Below the pieces are notes generated by a model that saw only the letters and a list, made by a program, of their open reading frames with translations, did not search any database and was not told the origin of the DNA. Positions 28,167 to 38,817 of a stretch of DNA of 64,000 nucleotides are shown one piece after another. Source of the DNA: a virus; the IMG/VR virus record IMGVR_UViG_3300037804_000367, positions 32,001 to 96,000 of that record; one strand, written 5' to 3'. Every line of letters starts with the position of its first letter. Positions within the stretch are counted from its first letter, which is position 1. The position numbers and the translations under genes are program-made.

Positions 28167-28721
28167 CATGAAACGTAAATTAATCTTTGTAAAGTTTAGT
28201 AACAGAAGTGTCCGCATATACTATTTTTTGAGGACTCGTTACTCTGAGATCTTCGCCTAAAAGTTTGTACACTAATTGGTGGTTATGGCCACCACCCCAA
28301 TTTTGCTCAGATTCTGTATCTACTGTAATACCATGTTTTAGTTGAAGATCTTTTAGTTCTTTCTTAAATGCATCTAGGCGGGTTTTATATTCGCCTCTTA
28401 CTTGAGATAATATTTTCATTTTACAGACATCCAGTTATAACTGCTGTTTCATATGAACGATCAGACTTTTTGTGTTCTTGTGTTGGATTGTTCTTTCTTT
28501 CTTGTGCACACATTTCATAGATTGCATTTTCTTCGCGAATCTCTTGCTCGAGTTCTTCCTGTGTCAGCTCTATATCGAATTTCCACAACATCCACTGTTT
28601 ATAAACTTTACTGCTAGCAGAAGGCATTGGCGATGCATAGAATTTTAAATTTAAGTATTGTCTTTTTAAGAATTTTATCATCATCTGTTTCCTTTTAATG
28701 TTTATCTTTTTTACCTGTTCT

Positions 28722-28749
28722 AATATACACCCTGAACTAGATAAGTCAA
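28722..28749 (-). promoter_or_regulatory. Early-type promoter
   Basis: TTGACT-N16-TATATT. Confidence 0.8.
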
Positions 28750-28762
28750 CATCAAAAGGTAA

Positions 28763-29035
28763 TTATTTATCCAAATGTTTTCTCATTTGTTTAAAAAGTT
28801 TCTGTTCCTCGTGCCAATCATCATACTTCTGTTTTGTCGAAAGACAAATATCTTTCTTTTTCATTGACTTCTTCACCCAGTCCTTTCCATAGTGTATAAA
28901 TGTTCTCAGTTCTGTTTTAAAATAGAACTGATCTTTTTCAAACTTTTCACATTTACAAATCATGTAATTTTTACCACCCCACTTTACCCTGAAGTATTTA
29001 CCTATCCATTTTTTATTCCCACCATACTTTTTCAT
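28763..29035 (-). CDS. Hypothetical protein with MxxHL tag
   Basis: Ends FKQMRKHLDK*. Confidence 0.72.
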   Translation of the reverse strand: MKKYGGNKKWIGKYFRVKWGGKNYMICKCEKFEKDQFYFKTELRTFIHYGKDWVKKSMKKKDICLSTKQKYDDWHEEQKLFKQMRKHLDK

Positions 29036-29716
29036 CGATAATTGCTGAATAAATTTTGCATAAACTTTTGTTGATCTTCAGACCCTTCCCAACAAGCTTC
29101 ACATCTCATATGCTTATTTTGAATCAATGCATCATTACATTTGATACAAATTTCCTTAGTGGGTTTTGCGGATTTAACTTTCATGGTGACATCACGATCG
29201 TCATCAAAGGTGCTACATGATGACCACGCGACAGTATTGATACTGCCTTTTTTAGCTAAGTCTTTTTTATCTCTACACACCACTCTTACTTTCTGAGTGA
29301 ATGTAAACTCGACATCATATACTTTGTATTCATCTTTTTTACTCATTTTTAATTTCCTTTAATCTATTTTTCATGAAGTAGAGTATTTAATTTAAACTGC
29401 ATCTAGTGCCTTCTTCATTTTCGGATCATCCCAACCTGGATTATCGTCTATGTATTTTACCATCACAAAATTAAGCTTCTTCTCATCGTGCTCTTCTTGT
29501 GTACATGACACATATTGCATTACAAAATCTTTCAATGAAAGTGTAATCATATTGTTGTTCATTCCTTGAAATGTAATACAAGTAGTGTTTTCATTTCCGT
29601 CGAAGTAGAAAGTTTTTACAACGTTTACGATTGAAATATATTGATACATCTTAGTTGAAAACCTTGTTTGATCTTCAATCGACTTCCAGTATTTTTGTGA
29701 AATATCCATGTTGTTC

Positions 29717-30001
29717 CTAGTTTAAATAATGAGCCATCTTTTTATCAAGTACAAACCTGTCAAATTGTTCCTTTGTTATTTCATAAAATGATTTATGTTT
29801 TACGAGTGACATGAACCACTTAACTCCCATTGACAGTGATAGCATATCAGGAGTCTGTATGAATACAGAAGTGCTAGTTATTTTATGAATAAAAATACAA
29901 TCATGAAACGTGGTTGAATTAAAATACTTGTTTTTGTATTTTTTATTAAGGTGTTTTATTCGTAACGCTTTTGATTTTCTTTTTTGTGTTTTAGATTTCA
30001 T
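29717..30001 (-). CDS. Hypothetical protein, tag variant
   Basis: Ends DKKMAHYLN*. Confidence 0.7.
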   Translation of the reverse strand: MKSKTQKRKSKALRIKHLNKKYKNKYFNSTTFHDCIFIHKITSTSVFIQTPDMLSLSMGVKWFMSLVKHKSFYEITKEQFDRFVLDKKMAHYLN

Positions 30002-30216
30002 TACAAGTGCTTTTTCATTTCTCGTTCTAATTTAAATTCTTGTATTTCTGTTTTACTTATTTTACAATCATGTGGGTGTTCTCCAAATCGATCAGACAAA
30101 TTAGCATGCCCAGACCAGACCTGTCCTTTTGTAAACAACTCAATGCGTCCGTCTTCGAATTGTCGCATTAGAAACTTACTTTGTGGATTGTGAAATGTTC
30201 TGAAAAAGTAAATCAT
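30001..30216 (-). CDS. Hypothetical protein with MxxHL tag
   Basis: Ends EREMKKHL*. Confidence 0.72.
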   Translation of the reverse strand: MIYFFRTFHNPQSKFLMRQFEDGRIELFTKGQVWSGHANLSDRFGEHPHDCKISKTEIQEFKLEREMKKHL

Positions 30217-30838
30217 TTTGTTTTAAATTTTACTTTACATTTCTTTGCTTCGGGAATATATAGATCATCATCGGACAGTATACTCATGGTATCTAACTCT
30301 CCATCACACCATTCAATAGCTAAAAAGATATCATCTATCTTTTTATAAGTGTGAAAATATAGAGACGGTTTAGGATCATCTCGTTCGCCCATTGGCCATT
30401 CATATGTTTTGTTTACTTTAAGCACTTTTAAAATCCTCGTGTAGACCTGCTAATCCAATTTTAACAGAATGTAAATGGTTTTTGATTAGAGAGCAAACAT
30501 AGCCAGTTTGATCAATAGGTTTTTTGGGAATCATTTCAGGTTGGTTTATACGTTTGGCCATCCATGTCATAACTTCATGAGTGCATTCGTTCATTACCTT
30601 AAACGCAATTTTGTCACTGACTTCCTGTTCGATCAATGCTAGTGCAACTTGCTTTCCGATTATATAAATAGGTGAACAGTCATTTGTATTAAAACCAGGT
30701 TTAAAATGATCAGCTAATGCCTTCTCGATTTTATTCTCTAACCGTTTGATTTTTTTCTTTTCCAACATTCTCTGATGATTTCTGATGTTCTCTTTTTTGG
30801 AACTCATATTAATCGTCCTGTTATTTTTTACCTATTCT

Positions 30839-30866
30839 AATATACACCCTTAACTAGATAAGTCAA
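30839..30866 (-). promoter_or_regulatory. Early-type promoter
   Basis: TTGACT-N16-TATATT. Confidence 0.8.
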
Positions 30867-31114
30867 CTACAAATCAAATGTTTTTTCATCGTTTGTTCTA
30901 AAATGTGAGTGGTCACTTCTGCCTTTTTTACAATAGTGCATTGTTTAAGTATTGATTTGTCAGCTGACCATTTAATAACCCACTGCAAGGTTTGTTCGTT
31001 TAAGCTAAAGATATTTTTATGTTCTGTTCTTAAATATCGTATTTCATTCTCAACTACAAGGCTACCACTTGCGGTAGTACCATACAATCTTCTTTTGCGC
31101 TTATAATATTTCAT
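30863..31114 (-). CDS. Hypothetical protein with MxxHL tag
   Basis: Ends EQTMKKHLICS*. Confidence 0.72.
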   Translation of the reverse strand: MKYYKRKRRLYGTTASGSLVVENEIRYLRTEHKNIFSLNEQTLQWVIKWSADKSILKQCTIVKKAEVTTHILEQTMKKHLICS

Positions 31115-31623
31115 GACAAGTGTTCCTTCATTTTACGATCTAATATATACTGATCATACTTGAGTTTTGAAATTTCCTTTATTTGATTATATTCCAAATT
31201 AGTATGAATAAATTCTGCTGAATCGCCATAGCTATTAGGTATAGTGAAAGGACTTTCAAAATAAAACGTGTTATTATTATAACCAGTACATTGATAACAT
31301 GGGTCACCGTGATAATAAAACATCTGAAAGAATTTACCAATAAGTAGTTTACTTTTATTGTCAATTGTATCTTGATGAGATTTCATTTTGATAAAGGTCT
31401 TTGCTTGGTTGTAAAATTGTTTAGTTGTAGGCTTGTACAATTTTTCGAAATCTCGAACAGATTCTACAAACACAAATCCATTACAACATTTTAAAGTAAC
31501 CCACTCGTGTAAAGCATTTTCATCATGGTCCCAATTAGTATCATATTGCTCTAATGTTACTGCGACACAAACATCGTGGTCATGAGAGGTCCAATATGAT
31601 TTTAACAAATTATTATAGTTCAT
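31111..31623 (-). CDS. Hypothetical protein with MxxHL tag
   Basis: Ends DRKMKEHLS*. Confidence 0.72.
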   Translation of the reverse strand: MNYNNLLKSYWTSHDHDVCVAVTLEQYDTNWDHDENALHEWVTLKCCNGFVFVESVRDFEKLYKPTTKQFYNQAKTFIKMKSHQDTIDNKSKLLIGKFFQMFYYHGDPCYQCTGYNNNTFYFESPFTIPNSYGDSAEFIHTNLEYNQIKEISKLKYDQYILDRKMKEHLS

Positions 31624-31991
31624 ATTAAATGCTCACTCATCTTTTCTTCTAATTGCTGTTCAATAATTTGTTGCTTGGAATGATCGAATCTATTTTCATC
31701 ATACCATTTGTCTATGTGCTGTAGACAGTGCCTCTGAAGGTAACCACCAAATTGCAACACTTTTGCACCTGGTCTTATATTCCATTTGTATGACAAGTAT
31801 TCAGATGCTAGTTCACCGAACCTCAAACCATTCCAATCGAAAGTGTCACTATTAAACCATTTATCAAAATGATCACTGCAATGAATACACAACATACTCA
31901 CTGAAGTTAATGGGAATGTTTGTTCAGAGTACCACTCGTCAAAGTGACGAGCATTAGCTGAGAACCATTCATTTGTGTATTCAATTTTCAT
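31620..31991 (-). CDS. Trp/Cys-rich 25-aa repeat protein with MxxHL tag
   Basis: MKIEYTNEWF...; ends EEKMSEHLI*. Confidence 0.8.
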   Translation of the reverse strand: MKIEYTNEWFSANARHFDEWYSEQTFPLTSVSMLCIHCSDHFDKWFNSDTFDWNGLRFGELASEYLSYKWNIRPGAKVLQFGGYLQRHCLQHIDKWYDENRFDHSKQQIIEQQLEEKMSEHLI

Positions 31992-32767
31992 TAGTTTAGA
32001 TGTAGTTTCATCTTTTTAAATAATTCAATATTATCATAAGCATCGTCACTGGCTGTTTCAGCTTGTTCAAATGTTTTATTTAATTCAAGAGCAATCAAGT
32101 TGATGAGAAATTTATATCGCGTGTCCTTTACCAATCCGCAATATTTTAAATCAATTCCCAAATCATCTATCGGATTATCATTACAGCTTAAATTTGTTAA
32201 ATTAATACTGACATCATTTAATTGTTTCGTAAAGTAAAATAATCCCTTGCATTCAAGTTGCTCTAAAATGGAATACCAATCACCAGATGAATAATTTTTA
32301 CGATCGTTTTTTCGTTTGCTATCTCCTGTCAAGGCTCTTCTTGCTGGTGGAAGGGGACATGATAAATCCAATTTATCAGATATCAATTCTAAATTTTCAT
32401 ATTTTAACTTTTCTTGTATACTTGTTATGCATAATCCGAAAGTTGATTTTAATTCACATCCATTCTTGTCCAAACGTAACAATATATAATTCAAAGGCAC
32501 ACGAGGCGATTCATTAAATTTTATTCGATTTCCATATGTCCTAGTCGTGTGGTAATAACCATAACCTGACTTTACACGGTATTGTTTATAATATCCCACT
32601 ACTTTAAAATCACAACCTTCATTAAAGTTTGTTCCCATGTATCCTTTTATAATTTTAAACTTTGAACCGATTGGAAACTGTGGATGATCTTTAGGATCGA
32701 AAGTTTTAATATGATCACTGACTAATTTTCTTGCAGTAGAGTTGTAATACATTTCTTGAAATTTCAT
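31991..32767 (-). CDS. Hypothetical protein (258 aa) with MxxHL tag
   Basis: Ends FKKMKLHLN*. Confidence 0.75.
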   Translation of the reverse strand: MKFQEMYYNSTARKLVSDHIKTFDPKDHPQFPIGSKFKIIKGYMGTNFNEGCDFKVVGYYKQYRVKSGYGYYHTTRTYGNRIKFNESPRVPLNYILLRLDKNGCELKSTFGLCITSIQEKLKYENLELISDKLDLSCPLPPARRALTGDSKRKNDRKNYSSGDWYSILEQLECKGLFYFTKQLNDVSINLTNLSCNDNPIDDLGIDLKYCGLVKDTRYKFLINLIALELNKTFEQAETASDDAYDNIELFKKMKLHLN

Positions 32768-33089
32768 TAGAAGTTATCCATTTATTAGTTGATTAATTAT
32801 CATGGGCAAGTGACGGAGGACGTCATCTTCAGGAGTTGGAAAATGTTTTTTGTCTTTATCATCGCTTGAAGTTACTACTACACCAGCTCTCTTCATTAGC
32901 GTGCACTGAGAAAGATGTAGTTCGCAAACACTTCTCTCTAATGATTTACTACAACCAGTAGTCATGTCTCGAAGCGTGACAGATTTTTTAGATACTTTTA
33001 TAATCTTATATTGATGAGTAACGTGATTGTGTTCCCATTCATCTCTTAATTTCAAAACCATTTCAATACTCCTTTTGTATTTCAGATAG

Positions 33090-33383
33090 TTAAATTAAAT
33101 GTTTTGCCATCTTTTGTTCTAAATTTGTAATTAAAATTTGTTCTTTGGATTGTTTATATATCTCTGGATAGTACCAAGTATCGATATATTCAATACAATA
33201 ATAAGATAGATAACTTGTATACTGCCAATCAAACGTTCCTAGTTCAAACCAATCGTGAAAATAATCTTTACAGTATACAGCCAATAACCAACTCTCTTTC
33301 CATTTAAAAGTGGTCTTATCGAACCACTTGTGGAACAATTGATGGTTTTGTTGGAACCAAATATTTGAATAATCAATATGCAT
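33090..33383 (-). CDS. Trp/Cys-rich 25-aa repeat protein with MxxHL tag
   Basis: Ends EQKMAKHLI*. Confidence 0.8.
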   Translation of the reverse strand: MHIDYSNIWFQQNHQLFHKWFDKTTFKWKESWLLAVYCKDYFHDWFELGTFDWQYTSYLSYYCIEYIDTWYYPEIYKQSKEQILITNLEQKMAKHLI

Positions 33384-33676
33384 TATATTAAATGTCTCTT
33401 CATCATCTCTTCAAGATGTAACTGCCGTAGTTGCTGTTTTGTTTCATCAAATATTTTTTTGTGGTACCAAGTGTCTAAATTGTCCATACAATACATTATC
33501 AGATATTCACTATATGACCAACTAAATGTTTTGCGATCAAACCAAATATCAAAATGCTCAGGACAACATCTTGCCAACATCCAACTACGACTCCACAAAA
33601 ACGTGTCTTTGTTAAACCATATAGGTAAAGTGCTTCTATTTGCAGAAAACCATCTAGTTGTGTACTCGATTTCCAT
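33383..33676 (-). CDS. Trp/Cys-rich 25-aa repeat protein with MxxHL tag
   Basis: Ends EEMMKRHLI*. Confidence 0.8.
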   Translation of the reverse strand: MEIEYTTRWFSANRSTLPIWFNKDTFLWSRSWMLARCCPEHFDIWFDRKTFSWSYSEYLIMYCMDNLDTWYHKKIFDETKQQLRQLHLEEMMKRHLI

Positions 33677-34169
33677 TTTTGATCTTTTCGCTTGTTTGAT
33701 TTACACTATGTCTTGTTTCTTCTTGAGCTATTTGTTTATCGACATTTCCAATATACCAAATACCTTGATGTATTTTTGACCATACTGTTTTTCCATTTAC
33801 TGATCTTTCAAATATTCCGGTCGTATCACTATTTGATAAATTAATAGCGTTCCATTTATATTTTCCGAATGAGATGAATAATGTTAAAGTGTTTGGCTCA
33901 ACATATTCTATTTTATGAAATCGTTTTGATTTATGCCAAATAAAACTGAGAAAATTATACTGTTTAAATATCGGATTTTGAAATCCTATTCGTTCTATGT
34001 AACCACCTTTTAGAACTATACTCAAATAATTGAAAGGGTGATTGTGTAATAATTGTGTAGTGTCCTGTCCAATAAATCTATGTAGACGTATATGTATTTT
34101 CCAAAACTTTAATATTGTGAATCGTTTTAATAGATTTGGAATGGTTGTATATTTTTTAAAGAATATCAT
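33654..34169 (-). CDS. Cupin-fold protein
   Basis: LHNHPFNYLSIVLKGGYIE...FHKI...TLFI cupin motifs. Confidence 0.7.
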   Translation of the reverse strand: MIFFKKYTTIPNLLKRFTILKFWKIHIRLHRFIGQDTTQLLHNHPFNYLSIVLKGGYIERIGFQNPIFKQYNFLSFIWHKSKRFHKIEYVEPNTLTLFISFGKYKWNAINLSNSDTTGIFERSVNGKTVWSKIHQGIWYIGNVDKQIAQEETRHSVNQTSEKIKNGNRVHN

Positions 34170-34174
34170 AATTG

Positions 34175-34705
34175 TTATTTAGTTAGATGTTTTGTCATAG
34201 ATTTTTCTAAGTGCTCTATTTTCATTTGTTGTTTTGAAAAGTTTTTATACTTTGATTTATCATACCAAATATCGATATGTTGGATGCAAAATTCTGGAAG
34301 AGAGAATGAACAATCCCAATGAAACTTATCTTTGTCCCACCACTTGTCAAAATGATCACTACACTTTTCACTTAAATACCATGAGTTTTCCCAAATGAAT
34401 TTATCAGCGTCCCACCAAAAGTTAAAATCTTTAGAACACCACCTTGCTAATGTTCCACTCTGTGTCCAATCAAATGTATCTGTATCAAACCATACCTTTA
34501 TGTGCTGTCCACAATGAGTAGCAAATGCTGAACTAAATGAGTTCCAAAACACCTGCGTGTGATCAAACCAAATAGATATTTTATTATTGCAATGCTCGAT
34601 TAAAAACATTATATAGTTCCAATCGAATGTTTTACTATCAAACCAATCGGATATTAAATGAGAGTGTTGCTTAAACCAAATTTCATTATATGTAATTTCC
34701 ATCAA
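34175..34705 (-). CDS. Trp/Cys-rich 25-aa repeat protein (longest member) with MxxHL tag
   Basis: About 6 repeats; ends EKSMTKHLTK*. Confidence 0.8.
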   Translation of the reverse strand: MMEITYNEIWFKQHSHLISDWFDSKTFDWNYIMFLIEHCNNKISIWFDHTQVFWNSFSSAFATHCGQHIKVWFDTDTFDWTQSGTLARWCSKDFNFWWDADKFIWENSWYLSEKCSDHFDKWWDKDKFHWDCSFSLPEFCIQHIDIWYDKSKYKNFSKQQMKIEHLEKSMTKHLTK

Positions 34706-35080
34706 CTAATCCATATGTTCGGTCATTTTAAAATAAAGGTTTTGTTCTTGTAATTCTATTTTTGTGGCCTTAAATTGTTGTTGATCAAACCAAATATCAA
34801 TATGCTCGAAACAATGTACAACTAATTCCCATCTTGAAGTATAATTGAACTTATCAATATCAAACCATATCAAAAATTTATCAGAACAACATCTCGCTAT
34901 TTGAAGAGATCCGTGTTGAAAATTATAAGTGTTTGGATCAAACCAAATGTCAAATTTTTCAGGGCAATGTTCAGCTAATAAATTGCTAAAATTAAAGTCG
35001 AACTTTTTTGGATTATACCAACTGTCAAAATACTGTGCGTTTTCATTGAACCATTTATATGAGTAGCAAACAGATTGCAT
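34706..35080 (-). CDS. Trp/Cys-rich 25-aa repeat protein, tag variant
   Basis: Ends YFKMTEHMD*. Confidence 0.8.
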   Translation of the reverse strand: MQSVCYSYKWFNENAQYFDSWYNPKKFDFNFSNLLAEHCPEKFDIWFDPNTYNFQHGSLQIARCCSDKFLIWFDIDKFNYTSRWELVVHCFEHIDIWFDQQQFKATKIELQEQNLYFKMTEHMD

Positions 35081-35315
35081 CAGGGCCTCTGTGAATCGTT
35101 TTTGCCACGTGCTGAAGGCTGTTCGATTAAAGACTCCAATGTGTGATCATCTTCAATGTCTATACCTAAATAAGAGGCTCTTTTAACAGCATCTTCGATA
35201 GTGTCTTTTGCATATGTATTTCTATTATGAGCATATCTTCTAGCCATCCAAAGAGTGTCCCAAATAATGGATCTCAATTTACTATTTTCTTGCTCGAGTA
35301 GTTTATTTTTATTCA

Positions 35316-35966
35316 TTAGCTATTCATGTGTTGTTTCATTTTTTGCATAAGAGGCATTTCCTCAAATTCAGAAAGAATAGTTTTACAATGTTGACCACTT
35401 AAAGCTGCTAGAACTTCAGCAATCATTTGCTCATTACCAGGTTCAATTTTTATCTGCATTGTGGTACATGCAGTGTCGTGAAAATAAGTGTCATTGCCTT
35501 TTGGTAAATCTAATGATTTTATAACAGATCTCCAGTAACCTGCACGAGCCTGTGCTTTATCTCTTTCGGACAGTTTATCTTCGAGTCTTTTCTGAATCTT
35601 TTTCTGTCTATCATAACAACTCTGTATCATTTTTGTGAGTTTGCCATCTAAAAAATCTAGCACGTCTTGTTGACAATAAGAGTCACCTTCAAATATTTTT
35701 GTGGATGATGCAGTCAATTCACTTTGATTATAATCACAGACTTTTAGTTTTAACTTAGTACCTGTCCACTTTGCATAATGACCATCTACTTGAGTAAGAT
35801 CAACTCGCCAATCTCTTTTATCAGGAGTTTCGAAAATAAAATAATTATATCCTTTGCTGGTGACTTCGTACCCGTTTGGAAGCTGTGCTACCAGTTCATT
35901 AATACCAAACACGATAGAAGATCTTACAGAGTTCCAAACTTCCGGATCGTATGTTTTATTTTCCAT
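35316..35966 (-). CDS. Hypothetical protein, tag variant
   Basis: Ends MQKMKQHMNS*. Confidence 0.72.
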   Translation of the reverse strand: MENKTYDPEVWNSVRSSIVFGINELVAQLPNGYEVTSKGYNYFIFETPDKRDWRVDLTQVDGHYAKWTGTKLKLKVCDYNQSELTASSTKIFEGDSYCQQDVLDFLDGKLTKMIQSCYDRQKKIQKRLEDKLSERDKAQARAGYWRSVIKSLDLPKGNDTYFHDTACTTMQIKIEPGNEQMIAEVLAALSGQHCKTILSEFEEMPLMQKMKQHMNS

Positions 35967-36377
35967 GATACTATTTTTCCTTTTTGTCTTGAGATGTACG
36001 AATGCCTAACCACTGAAAAACTCTTGTTTCTAGCTCTTTAAATTTCTTTCGATCGTCTTTAATCCTTTGCTTCTTCTGATTCTTTTTAGATTTTTTCATT
36101 ACATGCAGTCGTCCATATGAGCGTTAAGATTATTTTCAAGAGTTTTATTATCACAGTCAACTGCTGGATACAATTCACAGTTTTCCTCTCCACATTTTGA
36201 CCAGCTCTTAACTAAAGATTCAGCTTGGTCGCAATTGCGATCGATGTACTGTTCGCAAACTTTCTTTGCATTTTGCTCAGTGGTTTCAATTTCTTCATTG
36301 AGCCATTCACAGCCGTTCATTGTAGAGTAATAAAATTTTAGTAACATTTTAAATCCTTCGTTTTTCTTACCTATTTT

Positions 36378-36405
36378 AATATACCCCCTTAACTAGATAA
36401 GTCAA
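36378..36405 (-). promoter_or_regulatory. Early-type promoter
   Basis: TTGACT-N16-TATATT. Confidence 0.8.
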
Positions 36406-36413
36406 CTCCAAAC

Positions 36414-36446
36414 AAAAAAAGATCCTATAAAATAGGATCTTTTTTT
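36414..36446. terminator. Bidirectional intrinsic terminator
   Basis: A7-gatcctat-aaa-ataggatc-T7. Confidence 0.8.
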
Positions 36447-36460
36447 GATATTTGTAACTA

Positions 36461-37117
36461 CTAAAGTCTGTTTTTTCTACTTAAAAGTTTCTTTAGTTTT
36501 GATGAACTATTGAACGTGTCCATTGCTTCAATGATTATATCCCTAAGATATTTGTAACTCTTATCATCTTCTGTGAAGAATCTCAATGCTATTGCAGTTG
36601 CTATTTCAATACGAGGATCGTCATGTGAGTATTTGTGATTTTTTGACCAAGGCATTCCTAAATGATCCTGCACGTCTAATAATATTTTTCCGTGCTTCTC
36701 AGCCTCTTGCATCATTCCCATTCCACAATTAGTACCCAACCACTGAATAACCGAAGCGATATCCTTACAAGTAGCTGAACTAATTTGGTCACGTTCTAGT
36801 AATTGAGGTAAGAAATCTTCATGCTTGTGATTCCAATCTCTCCAAACCTTATAAAACCAATGTTCATACCCGTTTGATTTTGTTCGTTCAAATGAGTGTC
36901 CTTTGTGATCAGGACGGATAGCAGCATTTAAATCCGTCAATGACTGTCTAATATTACAAATAGAACATAAATTCTCAGGTGTACAATCTGCAAGACCTCC
37001 GTCTTCATTATCACATTCAAGACCTTCAACTTGGTGCTCCAATCTCATTTTACAATCATTTAATAATTCTAATTGTGCGGTATCCATTTCATTTTTTCCT
37101 TGTGCGATTGTATACAT
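36461..37117 (-). CDS. Hypothetical protein
   Basis: 218 aa; SVIQWLGTNCG motif; ends in tandem TAG TAG before the terminator. Confidence 0.7.
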   Translation of the reverse strand: MYTIAQGKNEMDTAQLELLNDCKMRLEHQVEGLECDNEDGGLADCTPENLCSICNIRQSLTDLNAAIRPDHKGHSFERTKSNGYEHWFYKVWRDWNHKHEDFLPQLLERDQISSATCKDIASVIQWLGTNCGMGMMQEAEKHGKILLDVQDHLGMPWSKNHKYSHDDPRIEIATAIALRFFTEDDKSYKYLRDIIIEAMDTFNSSSKLKKLLSRKNRL

Positions 37118-37426
37118 TCCATCTTTGCAACCTCGTGCGATTTTTCAGCTCTGATGTTTTGATATGTTTGTTGATGTACTAATACTTTATTCTTTTCTAA
37201 AATCAAGTTTCGACAAATGCTTTTAGGAATCCACAAGCTAGGATTATTTGCAAATGAAAATAGATAATGAGTTTCTGTTTCACGTTCTATCGATTCAAAA
37301 CTAATTGAACGATGATAATAATTTGGATCAGATCCCCATTGAAAAACTGATTTGCTTCCGTGATAACTTTCGCCCCAACTTGGACATCCCATTGATTCCC
37401 ATTGATCAAATGCTTCTATGTAATGA

Positions 37427-37831
37427 TCACCGTGCATTTGCTACCTTCCTTCCGTGAGTGAGGGTTATCATTTTATCATCAGTTTCATTATATTCAAACC
37501 ACTCATCTTTCCATTTTCCTCTGAAGCTAATCGCCCAAGCAGTTTTTGTGCAATGTATTTTATGGACATTGTCACGAGGAGTGTACTTGACATTTCCCAT
37601 CTTAAATTTCTTCAAGGATGATTGTTTTGTTTCAACATCCATAATCTGTTCTTGTACATTTCCTTTCAACCAAAACGTCAATGCATTGAAAGCATGAGAA
37701 TGAAAATTTTCTCTGTCGTTCGGATTAAATTTTAGTAACACAATTGAAAACAACCATTTGATTTCAATCAACCAATATCCACTAACGCCTGAATTTGGTC
37801 CGCCATCCGATTTCTTTTTGAATATTAACAT
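37427..37831 (-). CDS. Cupin-fold protein
   Basis: FHSHAFNALTFWLKG...E...VHKI...WAISFRG; start MLIFKK. Confidence 0.7.
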   Translation of the reverse strand: MLIFKKKSDGGPNSGVSGYWLIEIKWLFSIVLLKFNPNDRENFHSHAFNALTFWLKGNVQEQIMDVETKQSSLKKFKMGNVKYTPRDNVHKIHCTKTAWAISFRGKWKDEWFEYNETDDKMITLTHGRKVANAR

Positions 37832-38166
37832 ATCGGATTGTCCTTTCCGTAAGCAGTTCTCCACCTTGTAAGACCACGTTCCTTCAAAGCAGACATGCAA
37901 TTATCACAAACATAAGTGTGGCCCTCTAATACAATATAACAATCAGTGAGATCTTGATCTCCTGCATTTACCAAAGCACTTATTTCAGCGTGATGAGATT
38001 GACCACAAACCTCTTTACATAAGTGATATCCTTCTCCAGTTTCCATCCCGACACGAGGACACTCAGTCACTTCGTCATTTGATATGGAATTACTTCCGGT
38101 AGAAATTTCCGTTCCATATCTAAAAATTGTTGCATGTACAACTTGTTTTAAACATTCCTGACTCAT
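37825..38166 (-). CDS. dCMP/cytidine deaminase-like zinc protein
   Basis: HAE...C..C zinc motif (HHAEISAL...YVCDNC). Confidence 0.8.
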   Translation of the reverse strand: MSQECLKQVVHATIFRYGTEISTGSNSISNDEVTECPRVGMETGEGYHLCKEVCGQSHHAEISALVNAGDQDLTDCYIVLEGHTYVCDNCMSALKERGLTRWRTAYGKDNPIC

Positions 38167-38493
38167 ATCATCTCCAATTGCGTTTCGATATCTATCAGTA
38201 ATTGTTGAAGATCTTTTCGTTCTTGTAAAATTACTTTTTCGTTATCTGTTGACATCATATTATTCAACATGCAAAGCTGATCCTCTACAACAGATTTACT
38301 TCTTGTTAATATACTTGCGATAGGATTGTATTTCACTTCAGTTGTTGAACTAAATCCTGTTAATATTTTTCCGCTAGTCATAACTGTTGTTGTATTACAA
38401 ATATGTTTCGTATTACAAACTATTTTTGTTTCAGTTTTTGATCCATGAGAACATTGATGTTCTTCATCCCAACTTACAAAATTATCACATCCG

Positions 38494-38817
38494 TCACAAT
38501 ACATTCCAAAAATCTCCGTGTTGTTTTTCTTCGATCTCTATTGGATCCATGTCCTGAGTCAATACCGTGCACACAACTTTTCTTACACTATCATAAACTA
38601 ATCTTAGCTTGTGACCATAATGATTATAATCAAAAATTGAAACTCTATTTGATTGTTTGTATACAAATGTTGCATGTCCCTTTTGAATAGCTGTTATCCA
38701 CACTCTGAATGATTCACGGTTTGGTTCAAATCCAAATCTTTCAAGACATCTTTTTTTACAATGTAGTTTCTGACAGACACTTTTATCAGGTCGATTATTC
38801 TTTTTTCGCTTACTCAT
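38494..38817 (-). CDS. Hypothetical protein, possible BECR/RelE-like fold
   Basis: HCKKRCLER...LRLVYD...VCTVL pattern. Confidence 0.4.
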   Translation of the reverse strand: MSKRKKNNRPDKSVCQKLHCKKRCLERFGFEPNRESFRVWITAIQKGHATFVYKQSNRVSIFDYNHYGHKLRLVYDSVRKVVCTVLTQDMDPIEIEEKQHGDFWNVL

